Shown: positions 24,301 through 38,699, numbered from the stretch's first letter. The stretch is 64,000 nucleotides of DNA from Octopus vulgaris (GCA_951406725.2 OX597827.1:4650001-4714000); one strand, 5' to 3'. Program-made: numbers and translations. The notes: generated from the letters alone by a model not told the origin.

Positions 24301-25007
24301 TGTGTATAATGGTCAACATGGGAGATGATGTCGAAAATATAAAGATGGATGAGTCGGTCAGTGTGCTTCATTTGTGTGTGTGTGTATTTCCCACGTGATC
24401 TGAAAAATGGGAGCTAATTCATGATGCTTTTATTGAAATGGTAGAAGTTGCTTTTAAGGAAAATTCTGTTAGTTACTCAATTACTTGTATTATATTTAGA
24501 GAGCTGTAGATTAAGTGAAGGAAGGTATTGAAAAAATGATTTCTGTTGTTTGAGTATGCTTTTAAGAACTGAGCATTAGAAATTAAACAAAATAGGTGTG
24601 ACAGGACGCCAGTAGTTGCACACATTCTGACAATTTAATTGGATTTTGATTTGAAGCTAACTATCTCTGACAAGTAGTGAATACAACAATAAAATGACAC
24701 AAAACGAAAGATATAGCCTCAAGAGCAAGCTTTGGGTTAGAGACTTTCTCTAAATGTATATGTGTATTTGTGTATTTTAGTATATCAATACATTTGAATA
24801 TGCAACTTTTACTGAAGTCGATTTAGTTGGCTTCAGCAAATCATTTAGATGTATCATGGAATTTTGGATACGAATGATGTTCTTGATATAATTTGTGCTT
24901 TGATATTAACTTTGTATCCTTATGCCGTGCAGACTTCATATTAAACATTTCTATGGTATACACATGGATATTCTAGTATTTGTATTTAATTTTGCAGTCT
25001 TAATACT

Positions 25008-25322
25008 CATACACAGTACATACATACACAGTACATACATACACAGTACATACATACACAGTACATACATACACAGTACATACATACACAGTACATACAT
25101 ACACAGTACATACATACACAGTACATACATACACAGTACATACATACACAGTACATACATACACAGTACATACATACACAGTACATACATACACAGTACA
25201 TACATACACAGTACATACATACACAGTACATACATACACAGTACATACATACACAGTACATACATACACAGTACACACATACACAGTACATACATACACA
25301 GTACATACATACACAGTACATA
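25008..25322. repeat. 15-bp minisatellite (CATACACAGTACATA) x ~21
   Basis: Near-perfect tandem array; source of the HSTYI and MYVLC ORFs. Confidence 0.97.
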
Positions 25323-25359
25323 GATACATTGGCACATGAATATCCTAAATTTCTTACAC

Positions 25360-25412
<53 letters not shown>

Positions 25413-25665
25413 CATTCTCTCCCTTCTCTGTACACACTCAATACTCACAAACATATATTAGTACGGGGCTTGATTGCAAAATAATTTACACTACTTACAC
25501 ATATAGATTTGCGTGTATAATCTATTACAAGTGTGTAGAAGTATGTGGATGCATATGTATGTGAATGTGTATTTGTTCAGTAATTGCTTGTTGAATGTAA
25601 GATGTATGAATATAAGAAAATATATCTACATATATAAAGATACAAACACGTATATACCTACACAC

Positions 25666-25832
25666 ATGTATGTATGTATGTATGTATGTATGTATGTATG
25701 TATGTATGTATGTATGTATGTATGTATGTATGTATGTATGTATGTATGTATGTATGTATGTATGTATGTACGTGTGTGTGTATGTATGTATGTATGTACG
25801 TGTGTGTGTATCTATATATATCTATCTATATA

Positions 25833-25890
<58 letters not shown>
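25666..25890. repeat. (GTAT)n and (TA)n microsatellites
   Basis: Direct reading. Confidence 0.95.
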
Positions 25891-25892
<2 letters not shown>

Positions 25893-27340
25893 TTATATAA
25901 TATATACATGTATAAACATAGTATAAATATATATATATATAGATATATATCTTATACTTTTCTGTTTAATGCCTTTATATATACATACATATATCTATCT
26001 ATCTATCTATCTATATATATATATAATGCATGGTTATATATGTTTACACACACACATGCACATCACATATATATTGAATATTTGCGTTTTCTGCATATAT
26101 ACTCATTATAGTAACTATTTGAATAGCTTAAGTTTATATTCATCTTAACACCTGAGTGTATGTCATGTATAGTCAAATGGTTATTTAAAAACATCAAGTA
26201 ATATCGGTTAATGACATGATTCTATATCCTTAACATGGTTGAATAGTTATTTTGCAGCTTATTTCATCTTCACTAGTCTACTCATGAATTGAAAACTTTA
26301 ACTATTAGGGTTGTAATAAAACTGAGCAAATTTAATCAAGAATATCAAACATAGAAATAAAGGACATTTTGAAATGAAGGCACAATGGTACATGAAAGCT
26401 TCTAGATGTGTATTTTTAGTTTGAAATAACAAATTAATCATATATTGTAATTCAATTAAACAAAAATCTCAATGGAATAAATTTTTTGTCTGAAATGAAA
26501 TCATCTGCTTTTGTAGTTGAACACACATACACACACACACTTATACACACACACACACATACACACACACACACACTTTCATTTATACTAGTTAGCTGAT
26601 TCCATCATGAACTCATACATTCTTAATACATCTGACTTCAAAGAAGAATTCCCAGTATTAGCTGTTAAATGTCATAGTTACTATCTGAAAATGCCAGGAA
26701 AATATATGATAAACCAAGCTATGTATGAACACCATGAAGGATATTTTCCTGAGAACATTTTAAGGGACTTGTTGGGCATAACATGAAATGAATGTTTCTC
26801 CCTTGAACAACAAGATATAGCATTGCATCAGTCACTGACCGTAACATATTACTTTGTAGAATTAATTCAAGTACTTTTCTAATAATAGATAATGCACTGA
26901 TTTTTCTTCAGAAATATAAAAAGCTAAATCTACTGTTCAAATGGTAAATTGTCTTTATTATCAACTGCTGCTGGATAGTAACAGAATGTATTAAACACTC
27001 ACCAAAGCAGGTAAATAGTCTCCAGAGTGTCGTTAGCTGAGATGTGTATCCTGCTGTAGAGTTGTATGGTTACTGCTGCTGTTGTGTGCTTAGCAGTACT
27101 GTGTAGCTTGGTCTGTGTTGTTGTGTGAATATGAGAGAGAGAGGTCTGCAGTCCTATCAAGTGTGTATGTAATGTCTGCTGCAGCCAATGACAGGCTGTT
27201 TATGGTTCCCATGGAAGGGAAACGGAAACCTGCTTCAGATTCCTGCCGCAAAGAAGTAGATTTAACATGGGAATGAGTCACAAATAATTGCTTTAGACAG
27301 TCCTATACAATTGTGTGTGTGTTTGTGTGTACATACATAT

Positions 27341-27373
<33 letters not shown>

Positions 27374-29109
27374 TATATATTTATATATATATATCAGTAT
27401 TTATATTATATATATATGTATATGAAGATTATTTTCTGTTTACATAAAATAATTTTGATTGGTAGTATAATTAAGATAGACCATTAAAATAGACAGTGAT
27501 AACTCTATTCTTTTTCGATGTCAAGCCTCTTTCTAAGATGAAAATAGCATGTTTACATTTCAATAAAGAATAAAATCCAAGTTTTTCTTTCTATTCAACT
27601 CAACATATAAAATGAACATGTAGTACTGTTAATATACATTTCAGATACCGTTATATTAGAATCCAAGGAATACGGATCTACAACTCTGAATAAAGAATCA
27701 ATGACATTGTTTTGCAGGATTATTGATTCTCTCTGCTTGTTTTATTGATTATATCAGCATTATTCTTTTAACCATTATTTATTTATTTATTTTTTGTAAT
27801 TTATATTATAAGGGGACATGATCATTAATAGGTATCTAAAAGAGATTTAGGGTTGCCTGAAAAACTATTTTTTAAAATACTTGTATATAGTTACTTATAT
27901 TTCAATAAATATTTTAATAAATTATGCTGTCATTTTCAAATAAAGGCAGTCTTTTAACTGTGAAATACTTTGAGAATGCTATTTAGGTTTCTGATATTTT
28001 TATTATTAATATTTCTTTTTAAGACTCTGAATTGCCTTCATGGATTTCACTGATAAGAAATTATTACTACCTTAATATTAGTTACTGATAGAAATATAGA
28101 GATATATGATTTTGGTTTCATGTTGTTTTCAAACGAAACAGCTCTTCTGCAAAATGGTGCTGTTGATTTTTATTTACTTTTAGATTAATTATTATCCTTG
28201 ATAGTAATTATCAGCACATCCAACAATAGTCCAGTAATTATATTGAATAATCATTTAAAAATGTAATTTAAAACTAATGTTGAAGTAATAAATTATTTTG
28301 AAATATTTAATTAAAATTACTATTTGATTTGTTAAATAATTTTCCATGATACTATGTTTATCAAGGTTAGGCCATGTGAGCTTTCATTTCATTCTATAAT
28401 AATCAATTAACAAAACAATGTAATGCATAATATTGGCAGTCTATCTAGTTATAAATATATATATAGTGTGTGTAAGTGTGTGTTTATCTATAAGTATACC
28501 AACAGTATTCTCTATACTTATCTATGGTTAGAGTCAATAAAAAAAAACAGCCCAAACTCTGTTAATTTATACCTATATCTGTCAATGACTTCAGATGTCT
28601 GGTCATCCAAATACAAGTTATACTATATTTGGATGACCAGAAAAGCTTGGAGTGTAAGAATGTCATATTTGCTTTTGGGGGTCTCCATTGACCCGATTTT
28701 TTTATTGAGAAGTGAGCTTCTCAGATGCAAGTGTAATTGAGGAAGTGAGTACACAGATCAGCTGACTAGTAAGGTCATTGTACTGACTTTGCCTGAATAT
28801 GAGATCATTGCTACAAATCCGAAATGCCTGATTCGAGGAATCGCCTGATGATTATATGCATTCAACCTGAAATGAACTCTTGTACCACATTAATCTGCAA
28901 TTATGTGTCAATGATAATTAACAGCATAACTAACGAATGATTCTTCTATTTCATCTTTTGCTCCATGATGTGTCAAAGGTTATTGGCAAGCAGCTTTAAT
29001 ATTTGACTCAGCTAATATTACACACCATGCTTGAAACTTAGTGCACACAAAGTTGTGAAAAAAAAAATGTATGACCGAGTCCCTTTTTATTACCACTCTG
29101 CAGTGAGGT

Positions 29110-29189
29110 AATATTTATCCCCACTTAAATGTGGATGTTCTGTTAGAAGAAACTTGCAGAACATCCATGTTTAAATGGTGATAAATATT
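29110..29189 (+). other. 33-bp stem hairpin (pre-miRNA-like or MITE remnant)
   Basis: AATATTTATCCCCACTTAAATGTGGATGTTCTG / CAGAACATCCATGTTTAAATGGTGATAAATATT with a 14-nt loop. Confidence 0.6.
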
Positions 29190-29588
29190 CCTTCCTAGTA
29201 TTAATACTACCATTGTCACTAACATATATTTTTAACAAACTGTGTCACTCTCAAAGAAAGAACTATACAAAACATTTGTAATCCAAGAAATTGCTTATGC
29301 TAGATTATGTCATAATTCATAGCAGGAACAGTAAAAATGTGAATCCTACTTATATACACCAAGCCAAATGTTAGTCTAGCCACAGGCTAATACTCAGTAA
29401 ACTTTTGGCCCCTGGCTCTGAGGTCCTTGCCAAAGAGGGAACTTTAATGCACTCTTGTGCTCTAAATGTAAAATGTTTGTCTCTCTTTAAATATCATGCT
29501 TGTGAACTATATTTACTATTATTTGTGGTAATATAAAATCTTAGAATGGTAAACTGTTGTTGAGTTTATGAGGCATTTGTACGTACCA

Positions 29589-29818
29589 CTAACCGTTTCC
29601 TTACCACATTTTTGTTGAAACATGCTGCCTTTATTTCACTAAATTTTGAAAATAATGGCGAATTTAGCAAAATGATTTTGTTTGTAATAAGCTTGCATTT
29701 GGAACAAAACAATAATTTGGAATTTTGATGAAAGATTTTAATTTAGATCAATTTAAACAGTAAATTTGTATCATATAACAAGAAGCAGTCTTAGGTGGGT
29801 TGGTATCAAAAGGGCTAA
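29589..29818. mobile_element. Older piggyBac-type MITE related to 4400-4628, opposite orientation
   Basis: End GGTTGGTATCAAAAGGG matches the reverse complement of CCCTTTTGTTACCAACC; flanked by CTAA on both sides. Confidence 0.7.
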
Positions 29819-30564
29819 ATAAATGTTGAATGGCTTCAGGAGTACTATCAAATGTGTACAGATAATGAAATGATTGACTGGCCAAATAGCTTACAGGATT
29901 ATTCTGTCGTGTTATTAAATGAAATAGTGCCTCATCAATTTAAGAATGTTTGCATTGTGTGCTTTTACAAAATTAAAGACATGAGGTTGAATAGTAGAAA
30001 TTGTAGTAAGACCTTAGTTTGTATCATACTTCACCTAATAAATGCTTGCATTTTAGACAGTGTTTGCCAAAATATTAGCATTGTTTTGAACCCAAAATAG
30101 TGCATCTTTGGATATGGCCCTTAGTTTATGTCAGTGTGAGTAAAGGATTGAGGAACACAAGAAGGACCTATACATTGTGTTTTTTGATTTGATCAAACTC
30201 GAAAAAACTCTAGGGATAACTTTCAGATAATACTTCCCACGTTGTTGTATGGTAGCCATTATTTGCTCTGGAAGCAAATGTTTGACATCTTCCTTATCTA
30301 AAATGATACAAGATTATTCTTGTAGCGTATGAACTGTCTATATTTTGTTTATGCTGGAGACTATATTCTAAAATGGAAAATTGGGCTAAATACCCCAAAT
30401 CCTCCATATCTATGTGCCATCTTTTAGAAAAACCAATACTCTTGCTTATCTAAACACACACACACCTGTGTGTGTGTGTATAGTGTTTGTGAAAGAGAGT
30501 GAGATAATGTGTGTGTTATAAAAGAACAATAGTTTAAATCAGATTAGTGCAAGATTAATCTCTC

Positions 30565-30772
30565 TTTATACTCTTTTACTTGTTTCAGTCATTTGACTGC
30601 GGCCATGCTGGAGCACTGTCTTTAATTGAGCAAATCGACCCCGGGACTTATTCTTTTGTAAGCCCAGTACTTATGCTATCGGTCTCTTTTGCCAAACCAC
30701 TAAGTAATGGGGACATAGACACACCAGCATCAGTTGTCAAGCAATGCTAGGGGGACTAACACAGACACACAA

Positions 30773-30809
<37 letters not shown>

Positions 30810-30969
30810 CATATATACGACGGATTTCTACCAAATCCACTCACAATGCTTTGGTCGGCCCGAGGCTACAGTAGAAGACACTTGCCCAACATGCCATGCA
30901 GTGGGACTGAACCCAGAACCATGTGATTAGTAAACAAGCTACTACTTACCACACAGCCACTCCTGCGCC
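30565..30969 (-). mobile_element. Major SINE, near full length
   Basis: Reverse complement of the 13067 family. Confidence 0.93.
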
Positions 30970-31169
30970 TAATGAAAAACATTTTTTATTAGCCTGCTTA
31001 ATAAAGAACTCAATGACATTTATATTCTAGAAATCAAGGGAAAAAATAGATAATTTTAACCTATTTAAACTGCACACACATTTTGTTCCGAGCTACAATA
31101 AATACCATACAGTATAACAACTAAAATGTGAACTGAGCTGCTGAAACCATAATGAAAAGGCTTCTATGC

Positions 31170-32220
31170 TGAACACCCAAAATTAGAAATTATCTTCAAT
31201 ATAATTTGACCTATACCCAGATGATACTTCAGCAATCTCTAGAAGTGTGGAAAGGCTCATCAAAGATCTGATTGATGCCTTTAGCTTCCTTGGGCTCAAG
31301 GTTACTATAGAGACCAACCTAACCATTGTTAATTTCTTGGACGTAATGCTTGATTTAGGCCCTTCAACAAATACAATGAATTGTCAACATAGCTTCCTGC
31401 CACCTTCCTTTCAGGTTTAAAAACCTTGTAAAGGGTGTTAGTCGGAAGTTCTGAAACCTACCCTCCTATAAAGACGTCTTCAGTGTCCACTACTATAACA
31501 ATGCCTTCATAGTCATTGGATTTAAAGATCACATTACTTACACACCTAGCCCTACCATCCACAAGAGAAAGCGTTGCCTCAAAATAATCTGGTTTGGCAC
31601 CCATTTCTCACTTAACATGAAAACCTGCATAAGTAGGGCTTTCCTTAAATTAGTGGATAACCATTTTACACAGGACAGTAGATATACCAAAATTTTCATA
31701 TTAAGCTGTGCACCTAACATCAAATAGATATTAGATAACACCCCTAAAACCTGGACAGAGGCAGGACGCTCATGTAAAGTTTATAGTCAGTGCACAATGA
31801 ATGATCAATATAGCACAGAATTTGTGGTCCACAAACAGAAATAGTATTGAACTAACACCAATAGTGTAGCGCATTGTTCTGTTGGTGTTAGTTGACATTA
31901 TTTCTGCTTTGTTCAGGGGCAGGTGAAATAAAGAGCCCCTTTAAGATCAGGCTGAGTAATCTCAGATTCTCTTTTAGGGTCCAGAAAATGTGAAATATCA
32001 CAACTTCAACCAACTATATATGGTGAATAAAAGAAGACACATTACTGTATAGCATAAAATGGAGGTCGCTAAAATGATCCAGGTCGTATAGGAATGGAAG
32101 TGGAAGATGCAGATCCTGCTTTACCGAAAACAAAATCATTCAAAAAAAATTCACATGATCCTGCCACTTTGCTGAACTTGAAAAGTAATATTTTTGCATA
32201 TTGCTCTAATGTGCACAAAG
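31170..32220 (+). pseudogene. Degenerate Penelope-like element (RT + GIY-YIG), distinct lineage
   Basis: LYPDD..GLKVTIETNLTIVNFLDV.LDL; IIWFGTHFSLNMKT..FLKLVDNHF; FKIRLSN..YIW*IK..YSIKW..YRNGSGRCRSCFTE. Confidence 0.8.
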
Positions 32221-32769
32221 TGTTTTGGTGACATGGTCCCTATTATAACAAGTGAATGAGTAGGCTATTCAGTTGATTGAAGAACTGAGTACTCCTGGTC
32301 AAAATTGATGAAGATCCATTTACTTATATAACTCAGAGAAGTGATTAGTCTACTTCAAGAGTAACCAAAGTGCTTTGTTATTGATATGACAGAGGAATAT
32401 GAAAGCTAGACTGAATCTGAGACTGAAGAACAGATATTTTTGTGAGTATTAAAATAAAATACTTTTGTGTGGTTACAGTGGTTGAAGGTAACTTCCTGCT
32501 AATGTGGTACCTACATAGATAATTTTTTTCAAATTACCTCCCTTCTTTGATAGTCATTAACAATGCCACTAGATTTTTAGTTAATATTCTCTAATTATGT
32601 GGCAACATCAATTCATTAAGAATATTTTGTGCATCACTACCTACATGAACTAGCTAAGTTCATCAGACTATTTGAATTACTTCCCTTAGCTGTCATTTAG
32701 TAATTACACTCACACATACATATATGTGTGTATGTTTGTGTGTGTGTATAAGGAAATAAAAATTTTTTT

Positions 32770-35150
32770 ACTGGTTACAGCCATGGGCCATACACATATT
32801 GGGGGCACTGGCATTTGTGTGATTACTTGTTTATTACAAACTTATTTCCTAATCCGTTTTCTGGAATTAGCTCCAAAGATGAAGATACTCTTCTTTGTGC
32901 TTCTTGCCATGACGTGGGTGGGTGGCCCATCTGGTATCTTTGATAAAAATTTGCCTAAACATTCTTTGAGCACATCCACATCTACATAATGTAGATTTCT
33001 AAGGGTTTTTGGCTAGGTATTGAAAATTGAACAAAAAGACATATTGGATCCTTACTTTAGATGGAAAGGGCAGGATCCTTTTTACAATGCAGTGGTATCC
33101 ATTTTGATGATTGGTAGAGATTTCAGAGTTGGGTACTAGTGGGTACCATGATCTTCCACTAGTATTGGTTTGATGCATTGCAGCAACCATAATTGGGAGC
33201 AGTAATTCAAGAGATTCAAGAATGACTGTTCTTTATAGAAGGAACATGGTTTCCTTTTTCATTATTCTGATTTCAGAATCCAACCAGTTAATTGCTTGCA
33301 CAGTGTTGCAGTCTTAGTAATATGCATACAGAATGATGCATCATTACTAATGGAGTCCCTGGTCATGCACTGACTTTGACACCAAGATTGCAATAGCCCC
33401 AGTTATGCACTGGGAAAATGTGACCAGTTTGGAATCGTTTATTTAAGTATTTAACATACATATAAATATTTAGACTGTATGTGCTGTAAGAGTTAAACCA
33501 GTTATAGCTTTATAAAAATACATTTATAGAAGCAATGGAGGCACACTGTTGACAATTCCCATTAGGATGAGCTGTGCAGTTCTCACTTTGCTTCACTCAT
33601 TGGGCAGTTATCTACCCTGTCAATATATATAAATGTGCTTTTATGCTGCTATAAGAGGTTTAACTCTTATTTCTAGCAATATATGTGCTTGTAGCTCATA
33701 CAGCCACAATTAACAGTTGCTAAGTTTTGCCTATACGGTTTATATTGCACCTAGCTGCTCACATTCATTTTATACTTTATAAATAGCTGTGAGAATGACC
33801 TGAACATTGTGAACGAAGTCTGTATTGGTGGTAAAGGCTAAGTCAAGTGTGTTATTTCCCCTAGTTGGATGTGTTGCCCGAGGAAGTGTTTTGTGGTATC
33901 AAGAAGAGCATTCATATCTTCCCTGTTCAGTTGTTTAATTTCAGGTCGGATGTAACTCTCAGGCCAGCTGAGACTAGGAAAATTGAAGTCCCCTATTAAG
34001 AAGTACACTGGCCTGTTAACTGGGTTCATTTGGGGTTTGACTTATGAGCGACAGAGCATCTTTGAAGTGATCTCTGTGGTTAGCAGCATAGTAGGTAATG
34101 CCAGTGATCAAATTGTGGTCAATCACATGCATTATTAGTTTATCACAAACTATTGGAGTGGGAGAAGAGGACATTTGTTGCCATGTCTTCTTGCATGAAG
34201 ATAGCTATTTCTCATGGTTTCCACATTCTGTAGTCAGTTCTGCGTAGTATGTAACCTGACATATTTACTTCCACATCCAATATGTTTGAGGTCAGGTGTG
34301 TTTCACTTAGTGCTACACATATTGTTTTTCTTGTTGTACCAAGTCTCTTTCTCTGTATAAGGTCTCTAAGATATGATATTTTTGTTCAATTTGTGAAGTG
34401 TGAAAGACCTTGTACATTCAGCATTATTACTGAGTTAAGATTGTGGGTTAATGACAGCAAGAGTGTGGTTGTGCATTGAAGTAATAGCAGTGGCTTGAGC
34501 TGTATGAGAGCTAGAAGTTTTTTTTGGTCTTTTGCCAGATTTATTATCGCTAAAAAAAAAATTCTTCTTTTGGGAGGGGTTGTGGTCTGGAGTTGGTATG
34601 GTTGCATTGTTGAATATGGTTATAGTTCTATTGTTTGCGGCTGTTGATTTTACTATTGTACCCAGTAGATATTGGCTGACTTCTGGGTTTTGATGAAAGA
34701 CTGCACCAACACTGTCACTGTAAGAGATGTTTCTACTGTGGATTTAGTGGTAGTTTGGTGTCATGCTTTTACTGGTGCATTGAGTCTACATCAGAAATAA
34801 TCTTTTGTGTTAGGACTAGCAACAAATTTTAGGATTCTGGATTACATGTGTAGAAGTTATTAAGTATGATTTAGCATTTAGTCATGGTGTTATGGTAAGA
34901 TGTGTAGTTGGGCATTGGCTGTTATTGCTTGTATGAATTGTGTGTCTTGTTCCAGGTAAATGGTCGAAGTGACAGTCACTGTGTATACATAATCTCTTGC
35001 ATTGAGAGTAGTGGCATATTTTAGGGTTTCATGTGTTCATAATTTTATCTTATTTACAGTTGGCAGATTTATCATGTAGCTGTTAGGTATACATTCAGAC
35101 TGACGCAAACAGTGGGGGACTAAAGGAGTGATTCTTCATTAATTAGAGTA
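32770..35150 (-). mobile_element. Degenerate, internally deleted CR1-group LINE
   Basis: APE endonuclease motifs LNVQGL, ALSETHL, GDFN (33790-34420); 3' end LRNLH.VDVDVLK..LGKFLSKIPD; Cys/His-rich ORF1-like remnant near 34950-35050. Confidence 0.65.
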
Positions 35151-35509
35151 GCAGTAGTAGTAGTAGTAGTTGTATAGAATGACAATGTTGACAATGGATT
35201 GCTTGTGTTATTCTGAGAAGAATTTCAGTGGCTTGACAGTGGAGAAGAGCTAGAGACTGTGTTGTGCAACAGGTCATCAATTGTTCTAGTATTGAAGAGT
35301 AACTTCCAATGTTGATCTTGTTGTTGCTATTGTTTCGTTGTGGTAAGGGTAGTAGCAGTAGAGCATGATGACAGCAATGATGAAGGTTCACTTGTAGAAT
35401 TACGAGGAATTCAGCAAGTGGATAGCTGAAGTGTGAAGTTCTCTTGATTGTGGAATCAAATAGTTCAACAATTGTGCTTGTATTGAGAAGTGACCATGGT
35501 GGTTGTTGT

Positions 35510-35660
35510 CATATATATATATATATATATGTATATATATGTATGTGTATATATATATATACACACACACAGACACACACATACATATATATATATACGT
35601 ATATATATACATAGATACATATATATGTACATATATATATATATATACATACATATATAT

Positions 35661-35699
<39 letters not shown>

Positions 35700-35765
35700 T
35701 ACATATATGTATATATACATATATACATATATATATACATACATACATACATATATATATATATT
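35510..35765. repeat. Compound TA/CA microsatellite
   Basis: Direct reading. Confidence 0.93.
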
Positions 35766-35769
35766 CTGT

Positions 35770-36143
35770 GCTTGAGGACACCTATTGAGTCAAATACATT
35801 AATATCAAAATAAATAACAAATGGAAATTGTAGTTATGATGCCCGTGTCAGTGGCACGTAAAAAGGACCATCCGAATGTGGCCGATGTCAGCGCCGCCTT
35901 GACTGGCTTCTGTGCCGGTGGCATGTAAAAAGCACCAACCGATCATGGCCGCTGCTAGCATCAACTGGCACCTGTGCCGGTGGCACATAAAAAGCACCCA
36001 TTACACTCACGGAGTGGTTGGCGTTAGGAAGGGCATCCAGCTGTAGAAACATTGCCAGATCAGACTGGAGCCTGGTGCAGTCTCCTGGCTTCCCAGATCC
36101 CCGGTCGAACCATCCAACCCATGCTAGCACGGAAAACGGATGA

Positions 36144-36146
<3 letters not shown>
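35770..36146 (+). mobile_element. RTE 3' UTR copy with three GTGCCGGTGGCAC sub-repeats
   Basis: Same tail as 40473-41000 (minus strand) and 54893-55280. Confidence 0.88.
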
Positions 36147-36190
<44 letters not shown>

Positions 36191-36415
36191 TGAATGTATA
36201 TATATATTTATATATACTGATGTGACCGACCAGACCATCAGATGTTGTTACACATCGCTGGTCACAATGTATATATATATATATATATGTATTTATATAT
36301 ATGTATATATGTCTATATATATATATATAAATATACTTATAAATATACATATATATATATATGTATATACATATAAATACATATATATATATACACATAC
36401 ATTTATATATGTGTT

Positions 36416-36668
36416 GTGAAGGTGCATGGCTTAGCGGTTAGGGTGTCAGCATCATGATCGTAAGATTGTGGTTTCGATTCCTGGACTGGGCAACGCGTTG
36501 TGTTCTTGAGCAAAACACTTCATTTCACGTTGCTCCAGTCCACTCAGCTGGCAAAAATGAGCAACGCTGCAATGGACTGGTGTTCCATCCAGCTGAGGAA
36601 CACTTACGCCATAGAAACCAGGAAACCGGGCCCATGAGCCTGGCTAGGCTTTAAAAGGGCGCATTTAT
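36416..36668 (+). mobile_element. tRNA-derived SINE, family D
   Basis: GTGCATGGCTTAGCGGTTAG box A, GGTTTCGATTCC box B, TGTTCTTGAGCAAAACACTT central block, TTATTA tail. Confidence 0.85.
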
Positions 36669-36701
36669 TATTTTATCATATATATATGTGTATAGAATAT
36701 G

Positions 36702-36734
<33 letters not shown>

Positions 36735-37029
36735 ATGTACACATATATATATGTATATATATATATACATACATATGTGTGTGTATATATACACATATAT
36801 ATGTATACACACGCACACACATACACATATATATACACATGCATGTGAGTATATGTATATATATAGTTATATATACACACACACATATATATATGTATTT
36901 ATATATACATATGTATATATATATATATATGTATACACACACACACATATATTTACATATATATATATATATTTATATATACACACATATATATTTAAGT
37001 GTTTGTGTGTGTAAATATATATACACATC

Positions 37030-37945
37030 TAAATGTCAGGGTCTACCCTTAGAAGTAGTCCACAGTTTCCATTAATAAGTAACCAAGTTAATAGTGGAGG
37101 AGGTTGTTCTGAAAGCACAACTGCTAGAATAAGAATGGACTGGGCAAAGTTCAGAGAGCTACTATCTCTGTGGGTAATGAAAGGAATATCCTTCAGAGCC
37201 AAAGGCAGAATGTATGATGCCTGTGTATGAACAGCTATACTACATGCTAGTTAGCCACGTACTGCGACTACTGAAGATAGACAAAATCTTGAAAGAAATG
37301 AAGCCAGAGTGCTCCACTGGATCGGTAATGTCAGTGTTCATATATGACCAAATGTGATTTGAGAGAAAAACTGGGTGTATGAGGCATCAGATGCAGTGTG
37401 CAAGAAAGAAGACTGTGCTGGTATGGTCATGTAATACCAATGAATTAAGACAGTTGCAACAAGCGGTGCCAATCTCTAATTATGGAGTGAAAATGAGGAA
37501 GGGACAGACCTGAGCAGACATGGGACAAAGAATCTAAAAACATTGGGCCCCACAAGAGAGGGGGATGACAGGGAACCAAGACACCTGACAATTTACTGAG
37601 CTTTTGAAGACACAACAAGCTCAGTAAAATCACGGTTGTCCTTGCATGCAGGTATGTTTCCTGCATCCTTCTGCTGAGAGTTTTTAATCTTGCAGGCTTG
37701 TGGGTGCTGGTGCCATGTGAAAAGAACCCATACCTGTGCCACGTAAAAGCACCCATGCTGGTGCTGCGTAAATGTAGCCTTTGAACTCTGTAAAGTGGTT
37801 GGTATTAGGAAGGGTGTCCAACCATACAGACCATCCCAAAACAGATATGGAGCCCAGGCAGCGCTTCAGTAGACCATTTTCTGTCAAACCATTCAACCCA
37901 TGCCAGCTTGGAAAACAGGTGTTAAGTGATGACGATGATGATGAT
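37030..37945 (+). mobile_element. 5'-truncated degenerate RTE LINE
   Basis: GGGCSESTTARIRMDWAKFRELL..RAKGRMYDACV; same family as 40473-42075; (GAT)n tail. Confidence 0.85.
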
Positions 37946-38699
37946 ACACACACACATTTGCAAACACCTCACACACTCTGTTATAAGCTCCAATAATGCT
38001 ATTTTTGTTATTGATATTTGAAGTACATTAATCTGGGACCTCAGTATGTAGATCACCTATTTCTCAAGCAATCTTCTCTACAGATTTAATGGAGTGACAA
38101 TCACTGCAGCAATTAGTTGAAGCTGCAGTCATACAACACTTACAATAGTGAAAATTAATATTCTAAAATCCAATATTGGTAGTACTCTCCTAGATTTCAT
38201 TAAAAACAAGAAAGAGCCATTATAAATGTATTTAATTCAACTGAAATCCGATTTAACATTTTAAAATTTTGCTTTCATGAATTTAAATGGAAAACACGGC
38301 CGTCACTCAAAACGACTTCTCTCCTCCCCTCACTAGCCCAGCTTCTCATAGTAGCTAAATAAATATTAGCTTTCCATTAAACTAATTAACTGAAAAGAAT
38401 AATGGTGAGATAGCTTTTTGATAGTCAGAGATTGATCGCAGTGTTCCTTTACTGTTGTGAGACTTGGCACATTATGAAAGTAACATAAAAGTAGTATTGT
38501 GTGCACTAACGCAGTTGCCTATTCAGCTGACATATGCCTGATACTAATGACTGATGCATATTTATTTCTCTTACTTATGCCTGCAGTATGCATATGCCTA
38601 GCAAGCCTGGTGATAAAGAAATCCATTTATTTCATCAAGGAATTAATTACATGATGATGATGATGGTTGAGGCATATCTTACTTGAGTCTACATGTGTC

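Noticed and set aside
24922-25454. HSTYI- or MYVLC-repeat protein
   Set aside because: Product of a 15-bp minisatellite open in several frames, with no synonymous variation or gene context
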